A DNA stretch of 64,000 nt. Origin: Lytechinus pictus. Taxonomy: Eukaryota. Location: positions 9,922,001 through 9,986,000 of the forward strand of contig NC_087250.1 in assembly GCF_037042905.1 (NCBI RefSeq). Direction: 5' to 3'. Each line of letters opens with the position of its first letter. The first letter of the stretch is position 1. This document shows, piece by piece, positions 37,753-51,800 of this stretch. Position numbers and translations under genes: made by a program. The notes beneath the pieces are model-generated. The model was not told where the DNA came from and searched no databases. It was given only the letters and a program-made list of their open reading frames with translations.

Positions 37753-38013
37753 ATAATGATAACAACAAAAGCGTTGATAATAGCATTAAAAAATCAATGG
37801 CAGTGACAAAGAAAAAATACCTGAGAAATTACTTCATTTTATTTAACAATGAAGCTCAAGCCCTGATCATAATCAACGTGGATTTTCCTTTTTCCATGCC
37901 TTATAAGGAAATTAAATTAATCAAAATTTAGTAAAATAAATCAATACATGGTGATATTTTTTAAAGTAATTAGAAATAGAAGAATAGAATTCGACTGAAA
38001 AACAGGTTCATAC

Positions 38014-38064
38014 CTTGGTGAATAGGTGATGGTGCAGATGGTAGTGAGGACCGGATTGCAGGAG
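38014..38064 (-). CDS. Gene B 51-nt micro-exon (A)PAIRSSLPSAPSPIHQ
   Basis: Boundaries tgtcaaag| and |gtatga; phase 1-1. Confidence 0.72.
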
Positions 38065-38648
38065 CTTTGACAATCATAAAAATCGAAAAGAGGGATAGAC
38101 AAACACTGAGTCAATTTGAAAAAAAATCCCGAAAAGCAAAAATGTCACAACTCCTTAAACGGCACCCAACATAATTATGTAATCTCAACGGAGAGCCCTT
38201 TTCAACCCCCATCCCTACCCCTTGCTTGCCGAATCCACATCTGATAGTTTCTTGATTTAACGAGAATATTCATTTTCCTACTTGTCTGTTGGTTTAACTG
38301 TACACACACAAAAATTTCATGCTTTTGAGATTACATGCTAGAGGTAGTGTCCACTATCAATAGCAATAATAACAACAACAACAATACTAATAGTAATAAT
38401 AATGATAACAAAAGTTATGACAATGTTAATAATAATGATAATCAGCGACAGTTACAAAAAATACGTAAGAAGTTATTAATTCATTTTATTAAACAATTAA
38501 ATTCAAGCATTCGTCGTAATACTTGATTGTTCGCTTATGTTCCAAGCTTTATAAGAAAATCGAATTAATTCATATTTAGTGAAATAAATCGTATACATCA
38601 TTTTTTTCGAAATAAAAGAAAATAGAAAAACAAAGAACATGTACATAC

Positions 38649-38699
38649 CGCTGAGGTTAGGTGATGTCGGGGGTAGTGCTAGGGGCTGGATTGCAGGAG
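38649..38699 (-). CDS. Gene B 51-nt micro-exon (A)PAIQPLALPPTSPNLS
   Basis: Boundaries cattttttag| and |gtatgt; phase 1-1. Confidence 0.8.
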
Positions 38700-39313
38700 C
38701 TAAAAAATGATAAAAATCGAAAAGGATAAAGAGAAAGTGAGTCAATTTGACAACTGTCAAACGGCCCCGCCAAATGTATATTCTCAACTGAGAGCGCTTT
38801 TCAGAACTATCTAGCATAACGAACACTTCAAGGCAGGAATATGTGGTGCATCTCCCCCACCCCATCCCTTAATGCTTATCGGATCCACATCTGATAAATT
38901 CTTGATTCAACTAGAATATTCATTTTTTCTACTTGTACATTGGTTTAATTGTACCAAAAAATAATACTTTTGAGATAACTTGCTATTGGGTAGTGTTTAC
39001 TATTAATAAATAATAATAATAATAATAATAATAATAGCAATGATATATAATAACAACAATAACAATTCATACTAAGATTCAGCGGCAGTGACAAAAAAGA
39101 AAATACCCGAAGCAATATTACTTCATAATATTGAACATCAAATAATTTAGCTCAAGCACTCGTCTATTATGTTGATCGTTCGCTTATGTTCCATGCTCTA
39201 GAAGAAAATTGAATTAATTCAGATATAGTGAAATAAATCGTATGCATCATTTTTATCGAGAAATTGAAAATAAAAGAACCGAAATCGACTAAAGACCATG
39301 TAAATACATGTAC

Positions 39314-39363
39314 CTCTGAGGTTAGGTGATGTCGGGGGTAGTGCTAGGGGCTGGATTGCAGGA
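39314..39363 (-). pseudogene. Gene B pseudo-exon (PAIQPLALPPTSPNLR), severed from its acceptor by a transposon
   Basis: The exon body is intact, but its acceptor AG now lies at 43177-43178. The donor reads gtacat, versus gtatgt in the paralogues. Confidence 0.8.
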
Positions 39364-42300
39364 AAGTCAGGTCCAGATTTGAGAAAAGTAGACTGCCTTA
39401 GGCAAATCGTGTTAATGCTGAGTTGAGAAGTGTTTTAGCATAATTTGAGGGCGCTGTGTCCAAATTTGCTGTTTGCCAACCTTGATTTTGATGTTAAAAC
39501 CTCAAATTGGCAAAAACAATATGGCCGCCATTCTACACCCATTTTTACTCTATTCTGACCCCCAAAACTTGTAACAAAATGTTTATCAACGATTTTTGTT
39601 ACTATTTGATCTCAGGAATAGCATACTAAAGTCCACCAAAATTCGGATCCGGGAAAGTGGTTATTTTCAAGATGGCGTCTAAGATGGCCGCCATCAACTG
39701 AAAATTACTTTATCTACTAACAGTAGACACCTTTTTTGGTGCATACATGTATTCAGTGGTGTATGGGGTAAAAGGAAATAGTGAAGATAAGCACTCCAGG
39801 TTACCTGAAAATCAAAGATTGCGTAAAAATAGCTGTCATGGCCTAAAAATTCACACTTCTTCTATTACCTATTTTAGTGTCTTTTATTTGGGCTTTATTC
39901 ATTGGTGATTTTTAAGGGTGAAGAAGTAAACCGGGACAAATTACAAGGACGGTCAACGGTCCACTATGTCCAAAAATTCAAGATGGCTTTCAAAATTGAA
40001 TTCTAAAATAGCTGTTGTTATCTAAAAACCCTAAAACTCGACATAGTTTGTTCAATATCTGCCTTAGGGATGTGATGTTGGTGTCTAACCCATCGTTTAA
40101 TGGGTCAAGAAATACGGTGAGACAAGTAGCAAAGATAGTCAATGGTCCTCCATGTGTAAAAATCCAAGATGGTTTGCAAAAATGGAGTATAAAATGTCTG
40201 TCGTTAATTACAAACCGACATAGTTTATTTAATAACCGCCTGGAGAATATGATTTTTTTAGTATAACGCATGGTTTAAAGGGTCAAGTATTAGATTGGGA
40301 CAAGTTACAAGGACAGTTGGTGGTTCCAGTATGTCCAAAAATCCATAATGGTTTCCAAAAAAGGAGCCTATATTGGCCGTTCTTACCTAAAAACTGACAT
40401 AGTTTGTTTAATATCAGCCCGGGGTATATGATTATGTTGTCTAAACCTTAGTTTAAATGGTCAAGTAATACATTAGGATAAGTTACGAGGGCAATCAATG
40501 GTCTAAAAATCCAAGATGGCTTCCAATTAAGGAGTCTAAAATGGCTGCTGAAACTTAAAAATTGACATAATTTATTTAGAATCCATATGGGAGATATGAT
40601 TTTGGTGTCTACACTATGGTTTCAAGGGTTAAATAATATTTTTTGATTAGTTACAATGGTATGAAGCTGCCCATTTTACCTATTATTTAAAGATGGCTTT
40701 TAAAATGAATCTAAAAGACTTCCATCACCTAAACATAGTCATAATTAGGCGAACAAAATCTACACTTTTGTGGTTTGAAGGCTGAAATAATAAATCGGGA
40801 CAAATAAAAAGGATGGTCAGTTTTTCTTTTCGTCGTGAAAAGTCTAAAGCGACTTCTAAAATTGCGTAAAAATGACTGATGTTCCCTAATCCGTAGGACA
40901 GTTCTAAGCACATAAATGACATGTCTTGAAATTTTTTAAGGTGACAGTGTACCTTAGATTTTAAAGTTTGCTTTTCGGATGTTTACTTATTGTTGCACCA
41001 CCATCTAATTACGTCACAAAGTCTTGTAAAACATATTTTCACGAGTCTTAAAAACAGAGACACCAAAATAGTGGCACTAGATGGTTTATGATGTAAATTT
41101 TGAAAAAAAAATTTCTTCATTTTTTTACAAAATGGACAACGATGTATCCATGTAATTGGTCTTCACCTGTATCATTTGAACCTTAATACCATGAGAAAGA
41201 CATAAAAATGCTTATAGGTAGATAGTATATGCACTTTGCAGCCAGATTTTTAATAAATAATTATTTTTTATATAGGCCATCATCTTTTTTTGCAGAACTG
41301 CACCATTGATAAACCTTGAATTTTTTCAATGTAATTTTTTCCCTTTGGAACCATGATTTTTTATATGTTTTATTTTATTCTCGGTAGACCCCAAAGTTAT
41401 TTTTACCAGGTGTGTATATTATGAATTTGGACAATTTCAAAGATACAACGTCCAGACGTCCATTATAGACGTCATTTTGGAAGGTTATCTTTCATTCTCT
41501 GACACACTCACTGACTATCTTGTAAACCTGTCCAGAATTGCATTAAAACAAAGGCGCCAACAAATGTGCTATGATGACCGACTGCAGCTCTTAAATTGGC
41601 AATGTCTACATTCTCGCCGTAAATATTGTCTTATCTCTTATGTTGTGAAGTCATTGTTCCGTGTAATTGAATGTACTACTGTTGGGCGTGTCATTTCGGT
41701 AAATACTCGCCGAACTGATGAGGTGAGGTTCGTCCACCTCCGTGCGCGGACTCAGCGGTTGCATGGTTCGGCAATCAATGCATTTCCCCGTTATTTGGAT
41801 GAGCTCCCGGAGTCCTTGCGCACGGGGGTGGTCGAGACTTCCTATGGCTTGTAGCGCTTGGGCGTTACCTCCGCCAGCGCCCGATTTAAGCAAGTTGTTT
41901 AGTGTTTAATCCTTAAAAATTGTTTAGTGTTTAATTCCTTAGAAGTTAAGTCTTATTTTAAGTATTATTGTATAATTTTGGGTGCGTTCATAATTCCTTT
42001 GCCTGTGTCACCTTTTCCTTTCCCACCTCTCCCCCCCCCCTCTCTCTCTCTCTCCCACTCTCTCCTTACCTTTCTTTTTGTCACTTTCATTCAGCTTTCT
42101 TAATTCTCTTTCCCCGTCATTTCCACTCATTTTCAATTACAAGTAACTAAATTTATTTATGTATTTTATTAATCGCATGCTACACCCCTTTATATTATGA
42201 GTATTTTATTATTGTTTAGTTATTAATATATATTGTAAATCAACCATTGGAATTGGGACAGAAGGCTTCATGCCACAGTAATTAAGTTAACTTTTTCTGT

Positions 42301-42380
42301 CCCTGGCGTTCCAATTGTTGATATTTCTTATTTTGTATTGTTCACATTGAAATGTATTTTTGAATATTATTTGCCGAATA

Positions 42381-42416
<36 letters not shown>

Positions 42417-43172
42417 TCATTATTTGCCTTGAAAGCTTTTTGATGATTTTGATTTTGAGTATTTACTTTATTTTTGGAGTTGATGGTACAACGGCTGCCG
42501 TTGTGGACGCTATGCTGGATTTCCAGGTAACCTTGACGACCTTTTGTAACCATAACCTGTCTCAATAGATTTTATTTAATCCTAACATGCCTAAGTTTCA
42601 TGAAATAGACATCTATACCCTAAAAATTGTGACATTTCAAAAACTTAACCTCGGTTAAGATTTGATGTTGACTTCGCCGCCGCCATGGTCATCGCCGCCG
42701 TCGGAAAAGCGACGTCCATGTCTTGCTTCTGCTATGCAGGCAAGGAAAAAATGACGGACACGTCAAAGATATCACAATGTGAATATGCCAGCATCGCCCC
42801 AAAATTATCAAACATTTGGCCATATTATTGATCAATCAGCAGCTGTGAATCATGGCAGCCATCTTGGAATTAAAGATGGCTGACAAATCAATCGGACACA
42901 TTATGTTTGCAACCCTGGGTATCAAAAATAGATCCCAATTTCTGGAAAACAATCACCCATAAAAACAATTTAATGAGGGAAACTGCGTTAAAAATGCCGC
43001 CATTTTTTGTTTTGCCGATTTGAGGATGAAAACGTCAGAATCAAGCCTGGCAAACAACATTTTTGGATTCAGCACCCCTGAACTACCTTAAAACAATTGA
43101 TAAATCAGCATTAACACAAAATGCCTAAAGCGCTTTTTTCTGAGCACATTTTTTAAAATCTGGACCTGACTA
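39364..43172. mobile_element. ~3.8-kb non-autonomous TIR transposon (Academ-like termini) with 3-bp TSD GGA
   Basis: Ends read GGA|AAGTCAGGTCCAGATTT ... AAATCTGGACCTGACTA|GGA, with ~170-bp imperfect TIRs and internal ~180-bp tandem units containing AAAATCCAAGATGG. Confidence 0.82.
41470..41900 (+). mobile_element. LINE ORF2 3' fragment nested in the TIR element
   Basis: YDDRLQLLNWQCLHSRRKY..ISYVVKSL resembles the CR1/L2-group C-terminal region. Confidence 0.7.
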
Positions 43173-43187
43173 GGAGCTTAAAAATAA

Positions 43188-44397
43188 TATTTATTTATTT
43201 ATTCAAATATATTTATTCAGGATGACGAGATCAGTTAAAAACTATTTTACATCATGGTCCTGACATTAAAAACATAAATACATGTAAAGAATAATATATT
43301 TAAGATAAGCTAAAAATCAAAGTAATATCTAAAAAATGTGCTTAAAGAAATACAATGCAATACAAGAAAATTTACAATATATTATACAAAGAAATAAAGT
43401 AAATATAATTAAATTTAAGTATTTAACAACGAATTAAAGTACAATATATAGAGACAAAGTATATGAATTAATGGTTACAGAACTATATAAAAATCGATAA
43501 AAATTAGGATAATAAAAAATATTCAGAAGTTAAACACTGATATGAGATAGAAATTAAAAAAAGTGGTATAATTTACATAAAAGTATGAGAATACATAAAC
43601 AAATTGTGTTTCATGTATTTATGAAGCAAACTGAATTATAATTTAAAAAAATGATATATAATAAATTGTAACGAATAACTACAAAGATATAGGTACTATA
43701 AGAAAGAAAACAATGTTTGGATCGAAGTGTATTTGAACAAAATGGTATATAAAATGAACATGAGGCTGCATATTGGGGTTTGGGTTACAATTTCTTTCAT
43801 TAAACAATTAAAACTGTCAGGTAATGTAGTACATATGAACTGCACATCAGGGTTTTAGAATTAATTTCTTGTATTTGAATTTAAAATTATCGGGTGATGT
43901 TGCATTTTGGAGACTGGGTGGAAGCTCGTTCCATATTTTAGCATCAGCATATTTAAATGATTGTTTGAATAATTCTAGCTTAGGTTTAGGGATTATTACA
44001 TTTAAAGATTCGGCGTTTCTTGTGTTAAATCCATGGCGGGCACAATACATCTCAATTTCATCACATAATCGTCCAGGACCAGTGCCATTAATGCATTTGT
44101 ACATAAGTGTTGCAAGAAAGTAGTTGCGTCTTTGTTCAATGTTTGGCCACGACAATTCCGTCATTAACTTAGTTCCATTGTATTTCTCATAATCAAAGTT
44201 TTTCGTGACTATTCGTGCTGCTCTTTTCTGTGTTCTCAACAACTTCTTTTTGTAAACTTCTGGGCAATTACCCCATACAGAGCATGCATAATCATAGCAT
44301 GGTTGAATTGTGGATTTATAAAATATGTTCAATAAGTTAGAGTTAACAAATTTACTAAGTTTGGCAAGAATATGGACTTTGTATGCGACAGATTTAC
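43188..44397 (-). mobile_element. 5'-truncated LINE (L2/Crack-like) with RT C-terminus and 3' UTR
   Basis: ORF 43847-44446 has FYKSTIQPCYDYACSVWGNC..QKRAARIV..YKCING..KIWNELP. An (AAAT)n tail lies near 43190-43204, and host intron sequence resumes at ~44398. Confidence 0.9.
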
Positions 44398-44549
44398 AAA
44401 AATCGAAAAGAGGGATAAACAGAAGCGAAACAAACGGCCGCAACATATATATATATATATTGTGAATTAAGAGCGCTTTTCAAAACTGTCGGGCATAAAG
44501 AACACTTCAATGGAGGAATAGGTGGTGCTTCTACCCCCCCCCCCATATA

Positions 44550-45902
44550 TGGAAGAGCTCACTTGCAAAAGGGGTTAAGTCAATTATTCATTAAATTTGA
44601 CTTTTTTGTCTCAATGTATAGATTTTTAGTAGCTCTGTAAGATGATACCAAAGAAAAGTTGAAATTCCCATTGAAAAGTGATATAAAATGGAACAGAAAA
44701 AATACTTTTTTCAAAAGGGGTTAGGTCCATTTTAGTTTAGTTGCAAAAGGGGTTAGGTCCATACATATTTTTTTTTTGGACAAGAATATTTACAAAAATA
44801 TCAAGATAGGTGGATTTCTTTTATACCCAATTTTATTTTCTAATGGTAGGGTATCATAACAATTTAGTTTCGCATAATAATATTGAAATATGGGAGAATA
44901 AATAAATGATTTTCTTGGAGTGGACCTAACCCCTTTTGCAAACAAACTATTCTAAAGAGCTAATTTGTCAAAAGGGGTTAGGTCCATTGTTCATAATTCT
45001 TTTATTGTTTCTGTCTCAAATCCTAAAAATTTTTAGTCGTTCTGATGAAAGCAACGAAAATTTTAAATTCCCATGAAAAAATGAATAAAAGTGGCAAAGA
45101 AAAATAACCTTTTTTAATCAAAATAGATTCGATTCATTTCACTTTACTTGCACAAGGGGTTAGGTCCAGAATGATAATTTTTAAAAGAATATTTAGAAAA
45201 ACAAGTGGAATGCCTCTGGCGGTCTCACCTGCATCACGCGATTCAATATAGCAGAAGTGCTGATTTTGAAAACTACTGTAACTCGCACAAGATGTTCAGT
45301 GATACTTGGTTACTCTTATTTCCACGTTTTATGAACTAGACCAATACACTTACAAAGATATTATGGTAATTTAACAAATACCCCGAACGTGGCCAAAGTT
45401 CATTGACCTTACATGACCTTTGACCTTGATCATGTGACCTGAAACTCGCAAAGGATGGTCTGTGATACTTGATTACTATTAGGTCCAAGTTTCATGAATC
45501 AGATCCATAAACCTATAGAGTTATGATGGTAATTCAACAGATACCCCAAATGCAGCCAAAGTTCATTGACCCTAAGTGACCTTTGACCTTAGTCATGTGA
45601 CATGAAACTCAAGCAGGATGTTCAGCAATACTTGATTAACCTTATGGCAAAGTTTCATGAACTAGGTCTATAAACTTTCTAAGTTATGCTGTAAGTTATG
45701 CTGTCATTTCTAAAACTAAAACTTTCTAAAAAATTATGTTATACGAAATGTTATGTTCACATTATAGAGGAGTACATCATGACAATTTAGTTTCTCATAG
45801 TTTCTCATAAGAGTATTGCAATAAGGGCGAACAAAAAACATGGTTTTTCTCGAATGGTAAAGTGGACCTAGCCCCGTTAGCAACTAAACTCTGAACTCTT
45901 CA
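44550..45902. mobile_element. TIR element with GCAAAAGGGGTTAGGTCCA sub-terminal repeats and a nested repeat at ~45200-45720
   Basis: Termini TGGAAGAGCTCACTTGCAAAAGGGGTTAAGTCCA versus TGGACCTAGCCCCGTTAGCAACT...CTCTTCA, inserted in (TA)n. The nested unit has TGACCTTTGACCTT repeats. Confidence 0.65.
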
Positions 45903-45919
45903 TATGCACATACACACAC

Positions 45920-45968
<49 letters not shown>

Positions 45969-46016
45969 CATGTATATATAATATATATAATATATGTAAT
46001 ATATAATATATAATAT

Positions 46017-46049
<33 letters not shown>

Positions 46050-46560
46050 TCTCAAATGAGAGCGCTTTTCAAAACTGCCTGGGGTAACGAACACTTCAAG
46101 GCAGGAATATGTGGTGCATCTCCCCCACCCCCACCCCTTAATGCTTACCGGATCCACATCTCACAAATTGTTGATTCAACTAGAATATTCATTTTTCTAC
46201 TTGTACATTGGTTTAATTGTACCAAAAAATAATACTTTTGAGATTACTTGCTAGGGGGTAGTGCTCACTATTAAAATATAAATAATGATAATAATAATAA
46301 CAATGATATGTAATAAAAACAATAATAAAATTCAGCGGCAGTGACAAAAAAGAAAATACCTGAGAAATTATAACTTCATTATGTGAAACATTAAACAATT
46401 TAATTCAAGCACTCGTCTATTATGTCGATCGTTCGCTTATGTTCCATGCTTTAGAAGAAAATTGAATTAATTCAGATTTAGTGAAATAAATCATATGCAT
46501 AATTTTTATCGAAAAATGGGAAATAAAAGAACCGAAATCGACTAAAGAACATATACATAC

Positions 46561-46611
46561 CTCTAAGGTTAGGTGATGGCGGGGGTAGTGTTAGGGGCTG
46601 GATTGCAGGAG
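46561..46611 (-). CDS. Gene B 51-nt micro-exon (A)PAIQPLTLPPPSPNLR
   Basis: Boundaries tttttcag| and |gtatgt; phase 1-1. Confidence 0.82.
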
Positions 46612-47302
46612 CTGAAAAATAATGAAAATCGAAAAGAGGGATAAACAGAAAGCGAATCAAACGGCCCCGACATATATATTCTCAATTAAGAGCGCTTTTC
46701 AAAACTGTCAGGCATAACGAACACTTCAATGGATTAATAGGTGGTGCTTCTCTCCCCGCAATATATACATGTGTATATATATATATTCTCAATTGAGAGC
46801 GCTTTTCAAAACTGTCAGGCATAACGAACACTTCAAGGCAGGAATATGTGGTGCATCCCCCCCCCCCCATCCCTTAATGCTTTTCGGATCCACATCTCAT
46901 AATTTCTTGATTCAACTACAATATTCATTTTTCTACTTGTACATTGGTTTAATTGTACCACAAATGATACTTTTGAGATTACTTGCTAGGGAGTAGTGCT
47001 CCATATTAATAAAAAATAATGATAATAATAATAATAATAATGATATGTAATAACAGCAATAACAATAATAATAATTGTATTCACACTAATAATAATCAGC
47101 GACAGGGACAAAAAGATAATACTTGAGAAATTATTACTTTATAATATTAAACATCAAGCACTAGTCTTTTATGTTGATCGTTTTCTTATGTTCCATGCTT
47201 TCGAAGAAATTGAATTAATTCAGATTTAGTGAAATAAACATTATTTTTGTTGAAATAATGGAATATAAAAGAATCAAAATCGACTAAAGAACATGTACAT
47301 AC

Positions 47303-47353
47303 CTCTGACGCTAGGTGGTGGCGGGGGCGGTAACCGGGACCGGATTGCAGGAG
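47303..47353 (-). CDS. Gene B 51-nt micro-exon (A)[16 protein letters not shown]
   Basis: Boundaries tttttctaag| and |gtatgt; phase 1-1. Confidence 0.75.
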
Positions 47354-47506
47354 CTTAGAAAAATTTTAGAAATCGAAAATAGGGATAAACAGAAAGCGAA
47401 TCAAACAGCCCCGACATATACATATTCGCAATTAAGAGCGCTTTTCAAAACTGTCGGGCATAACGAACACTTCAATGGAGGAATAGGTGGTGCTCCTCTC
47501 CCTGCA

Positions 47507-47537
<31 letters not shown>

Positions 47538-47541
47538 TATG

Positions 47542-47599
<58 letters not shown>

Positions 47600-48103
47600 T
47601 ACATGTATCTATATGCAGCAATGGAGATACACACCTGAAAGTCGACCCTGAGTCAACCGACTTGAAGTCAATTTACTCAGGGTCATGTTCAGAAATTTTG
47701 CTTTTCGGATCCACATCTGATAAATTCTTGATTCAACTAGAATATTAATTTTTCAACTTGTACATTTGTTTAATTATACAAAAAATAATACTTTTGAGAT
47801 TACTTGCTAGGGGGTAGTGCTCCCTATTAATAAAAAATAATTATAATAATAATAATAATGATAATTATATCCATACTAATAATAATCAGCGACAGTGACT
47901 AAAAGAAAATACTCGAGAATTACTTCATAATATTAAACATCAAACAATTAAGCTCAAGCACTCGTCTTTTATGTCGATTGTTTGCTTATGTTCCATGCTC
48001 TAGAAGGAAGTTGAATTAATTCAGATTTAGTGAGATAAACATTATTTTTGTTGAAATAATGGAATATAAAATAATCGAAATCGGCTAAAGAACATGTACA
48101 TAC

Positions 48104-48154
48104 CTCTGAGGTTAGGTGGTAGCGGGTACGGAAACCAGGACGGGATTGCAGGAG
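48104..48154 (-). CDS. Gene B 51-nt micro-exon (A)PAIPSWFPYPLPPNLR
   Basis: Boundaries tttttctaag| and |gtatgt; phase 1-1. Confidence 0.75.
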
Positions 48155-48323
48155 CTTAGAAAAAAAATTAAAAGTCGAAAATAGGGATAAACAGAAAGCG
48201 AATCAAACGGCCCCGACATATATATATATATTCGCAATTGAGAGCGCTTTTCAAAACTGTCGGGCATAACGAACACTTCAATGGAGGAATAGGTGGTGCT
48301 TCTCTCCCCGCAATATATATATA

Positions 48324-48809
48324 GGGGAAGGCGGGGTAAGTGTTGACACTTTTTGCATTTTGCATGTTAAAATTGATATGACTAATAATATTGTAGAAAT
48401 AACTAGGCCCGGGACGAATGTCAATTTTACCAGTCGATTAGTTCTTTAAAAAAACAATCGAATGTTCGATTGTTCGTTGGAAATCACGTCTTCTAGGCCA
48501 ATAGTTGACCTACTTGTGACGACCGCCCGAATAGGGTTTTTCAATTATTGAACATCTAGGGTAGAGTACTATCTGTTCCTTATGAATCAAATTGGGCCTT
48601 TTATTCCCCCTTCTCCTTGATTTCTATTTCAAAAGAAACTATATGAAATGAGATTAAAACTTTCACTTCATTGTTCCACTGAAAAACAGGGTTATGTAAT
48701 GGGTCATCAATACATGACACCACCACAATGTCTGACTCATTCATTATTGGCCGGGGGGGGGGGGGGGTGGCTCAACTTGCCCCTATGCTCAACTTACCCC
48801 GCCTTCCCC
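48324..48809. mobile_element. MITE with TA TSD (pogo/Tc1-like)
   Basis: Ends read TA|GGGGAAGGCGGGGTAAG ... CTTACCCCGCCTTCCCC|TA. Confidence 0.85.
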
Positions 48810-48819
48810 TATATATATA

Positions 48820-51800
48820 CACAACAAAAAAAGTAAGTCCCCCTTGAACAAACATCAATAATTTCCGAACCAATGCGAGTTTTTGATATATTTGTACATG
48901 AGCGTGTAGGTAATTTTATAAGCTACCCTCTGAGGAAATGTTATGGAAGTATTTTACGTCATGCTTCAGTGAGCACCGTCAGAAGGAAAAAATGTCACTT
49001 TTCATAAGTCACAAACCAAAAATCATGACTTTGATGCCATTTGATTGGAACTGATTCCACATTCTCATCATAAAAAATAGTCAGGCGGCTTGTAAAAGGA
49101 ACTTTCTAAAAGACGATACGATTTTTTGGCTAAATTTCACGGTTGAATAAACACAAGTCCAAATTTGCCATAATTGGATTTTTTTACACATTTTCATCAA
49201 TAAAAATGATAGACTATGATGACAGTTATTTTTGTGAAGAGTACATTCAACAATATTCATCGTTTCACGGTTCAATGAACATTTATTGAAAACAAAAAAT
49301 ACGATTTTCAAATATCATAGGCAAGTACCGTTTCATTTTGGTAACTGAAACTGATCTTTTATCAACTTTTTCGTTATGTTCATGACCAATTAAGATGCTT
49401 CAATGAGTCAAAGGCGTTTAATTAAACATTCACGCTTGAATAAACACGTGGAATGTGATTAGCTCTTTTTTCCGTTATCGGAAAAAATGCAACTTGTAAC
49501 TATGGATATCTGTCACAAACCTCCTTGCATGGTTCATAAGTAACCCCTTATTCAATATGGGGGAACTTTTTCAAGGCTGTCTTTAGCAATGTCATTTGGC
49601 AGTAATCTTTATCAACCTATGGGCAGAATTCTGTGCAAAAATGAAATCGATTTGTTTATCTAAGGATAAATGAGCACGCATCAAACTGAGAAAATGGGTA
49701 TTTTCAATGCCACAGACTCATCTTAAAGGGTAATAAGGTGAATATTGGGGGCAAATTCGGTTTCAAATGTGACTTTAATTGCTGTTGTTTTTATCATCCA
49801 TCATTTCTATCACCACACACTTACCAAACTTAACATTTTCATGGTTGAGCGAGCACAATCGAAAACTAAGGAATGAATACTCTTTATACTGCATAACTGT
49901 ATTCTTTTCCTAACAATTTTTCATGATCAGTTTAATTTATGGACAAATCAGTGGTGGATCCAGAATTTGAAAATGAGGGAGGGGCCTATAATCGGGGGAG
50001 CCACCGACATTTTCAAATTTTAATATGACCTAACAAGTTATTGATGATACTGTCACATTGAAAATACATTTTATTTTATTTATTTATTTGTCCTTTTTTT
50101 GCTAAACTATTTAAACTTATCTTGTACTCTAGCCAGGTTGCAAAGAGACAGGAATTTGATTTGATTCTTCAATGAGCAGAACCTCTTTAATTTAGGTTGC
50201 CATCGATGACCATAGCTAATTGAAATAGTTACTTTTGTCCAGGGCAGTGGATTTTTCCATGCCGTGCTTGGATAGGTCCCTTTTGTCCCAGGTAGGAATC
50301 CATTCCTTTTGACCAGCTGCTTGGGATAGTTTAGGGCAAGGGTGTGTGTGCAGTAGTTTTCCATTAGGTTTGGCAGACACCATTTTTAACTTCGGTGAGC
50401 ACACAGCTTATGTGCAGTTCTGAAGCCAGTAGAGAATTTGCTATTTTCTTTTGCTTACCATTCTGAAGGCATATCTCTAGGCTTTTTTTCTTTTGGAGCA
50501 GCCTTATTTTCCAGTTTGTGAGCTGCTAATCTTTATTACCTGCATGAGGTCAGAAAGCAGTTTTTAAATCATTTTTTTGCCTGTTTTGCTGAAACTCATC
50601 ACTGGTGCCAAGTTGGGACGTAATTCCCCGAGACTTCTGGTTATTGAAGCCGAGCACTTCCGAAAGTCGCGAAGGACGCCGAGATTCCCCGAGAGTTACC
50701 GAACAAGACTTTGGTGACGTATACACGTGATTGTTTGTCGAACTGAAGCAGGAATATATGAACTATGAACACTGATGAGAATGATAATCTGATGGACATT
50801 AATAGTTTAGAAACTTGATTTTATAAGGGAACTTTCAAGATATGTTGCTTTTTATTTTATCTCCTTGACTGATGTTGAATATAAATACTTGTGTTCGTGG
50901 ATGGATCAATACAGGATCCTCACAGTTGATGTAAGTGCTGAGATGAGGCAACCGATGTTTAAAAGGGAAAGAAGACAGTTTTAACAAAAAAAAACTGATG
51001 ATAACAGCGAAGTTGATATTATATTTGAATTTATGATGTTCTTGGCGAAATGATAAACTGCATGGAGTTCGCAGTATTGTTTGAAAATGAAATGTTTTAT
51101 AATGATATGTGATTAGAACAAAGGGTCGAGAAGCTTTTGACTTAAGTGTTATATTGGTTATATTATATTTGAATGTGAGTCAGGTTATGAGTGGATCAGT
51201 ACAGGATCCTTCATAGTTAGAGTGAGTGGTGTTATTGAAAAATAAAACAATTGTTTTGATGATATGTTAAAGATAGACAAACTTTGAAACAGGTCGATCA
51301 AATGTACATTCAGTTGTAAAGATATATATATATATATATATCAGTTTTGGGTGTCTCGAGACAAGGTAAATTTGAAGTGGAAATAAATGATATCTTTTTG
51401 AGAATCTACATTGTATTTTTTTTTTGGTCCTGAATTTTATCAGAAAGAAACAATTTTTATTTCTAATTGTAAACCAACAAAATTATACTGAAATAAATTG
51501 TAAATAATATCATACTGAATGGCACAAGTTTGACGTGAGTTTTATTTGAGTATATCCATGTGACAGATACTACCAAAATCCCTATGATGAAACGTCACAA
51601 TACAGGGGCCGCGGAACGGTTTTCAAAGTGCGGAGGAGGGGCTGATCCAAAAGTGGGGGCTGACCATGCAAAAAATTACAATCGTATGGTCATTTTTACA
51701 TTTTTGTACATGGTTTTGGAAAAAAGTGGGGCCCCACCCCCGCTTCCGCGGCCCCTGTGATATTGTGCTCACTCAACCATGAACATACGATATCAAAATT

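Noticed and set aside
43847..44446. Longest ORF (199 aa) as a host gene
   Set aside because: It is a LINE ORF2 C-terminus whose first residues derive from flanking intron sequence.
45900..47638. ORFs rich in YIYI
   Set aside because: They are translations of (TA)n microsatellites.
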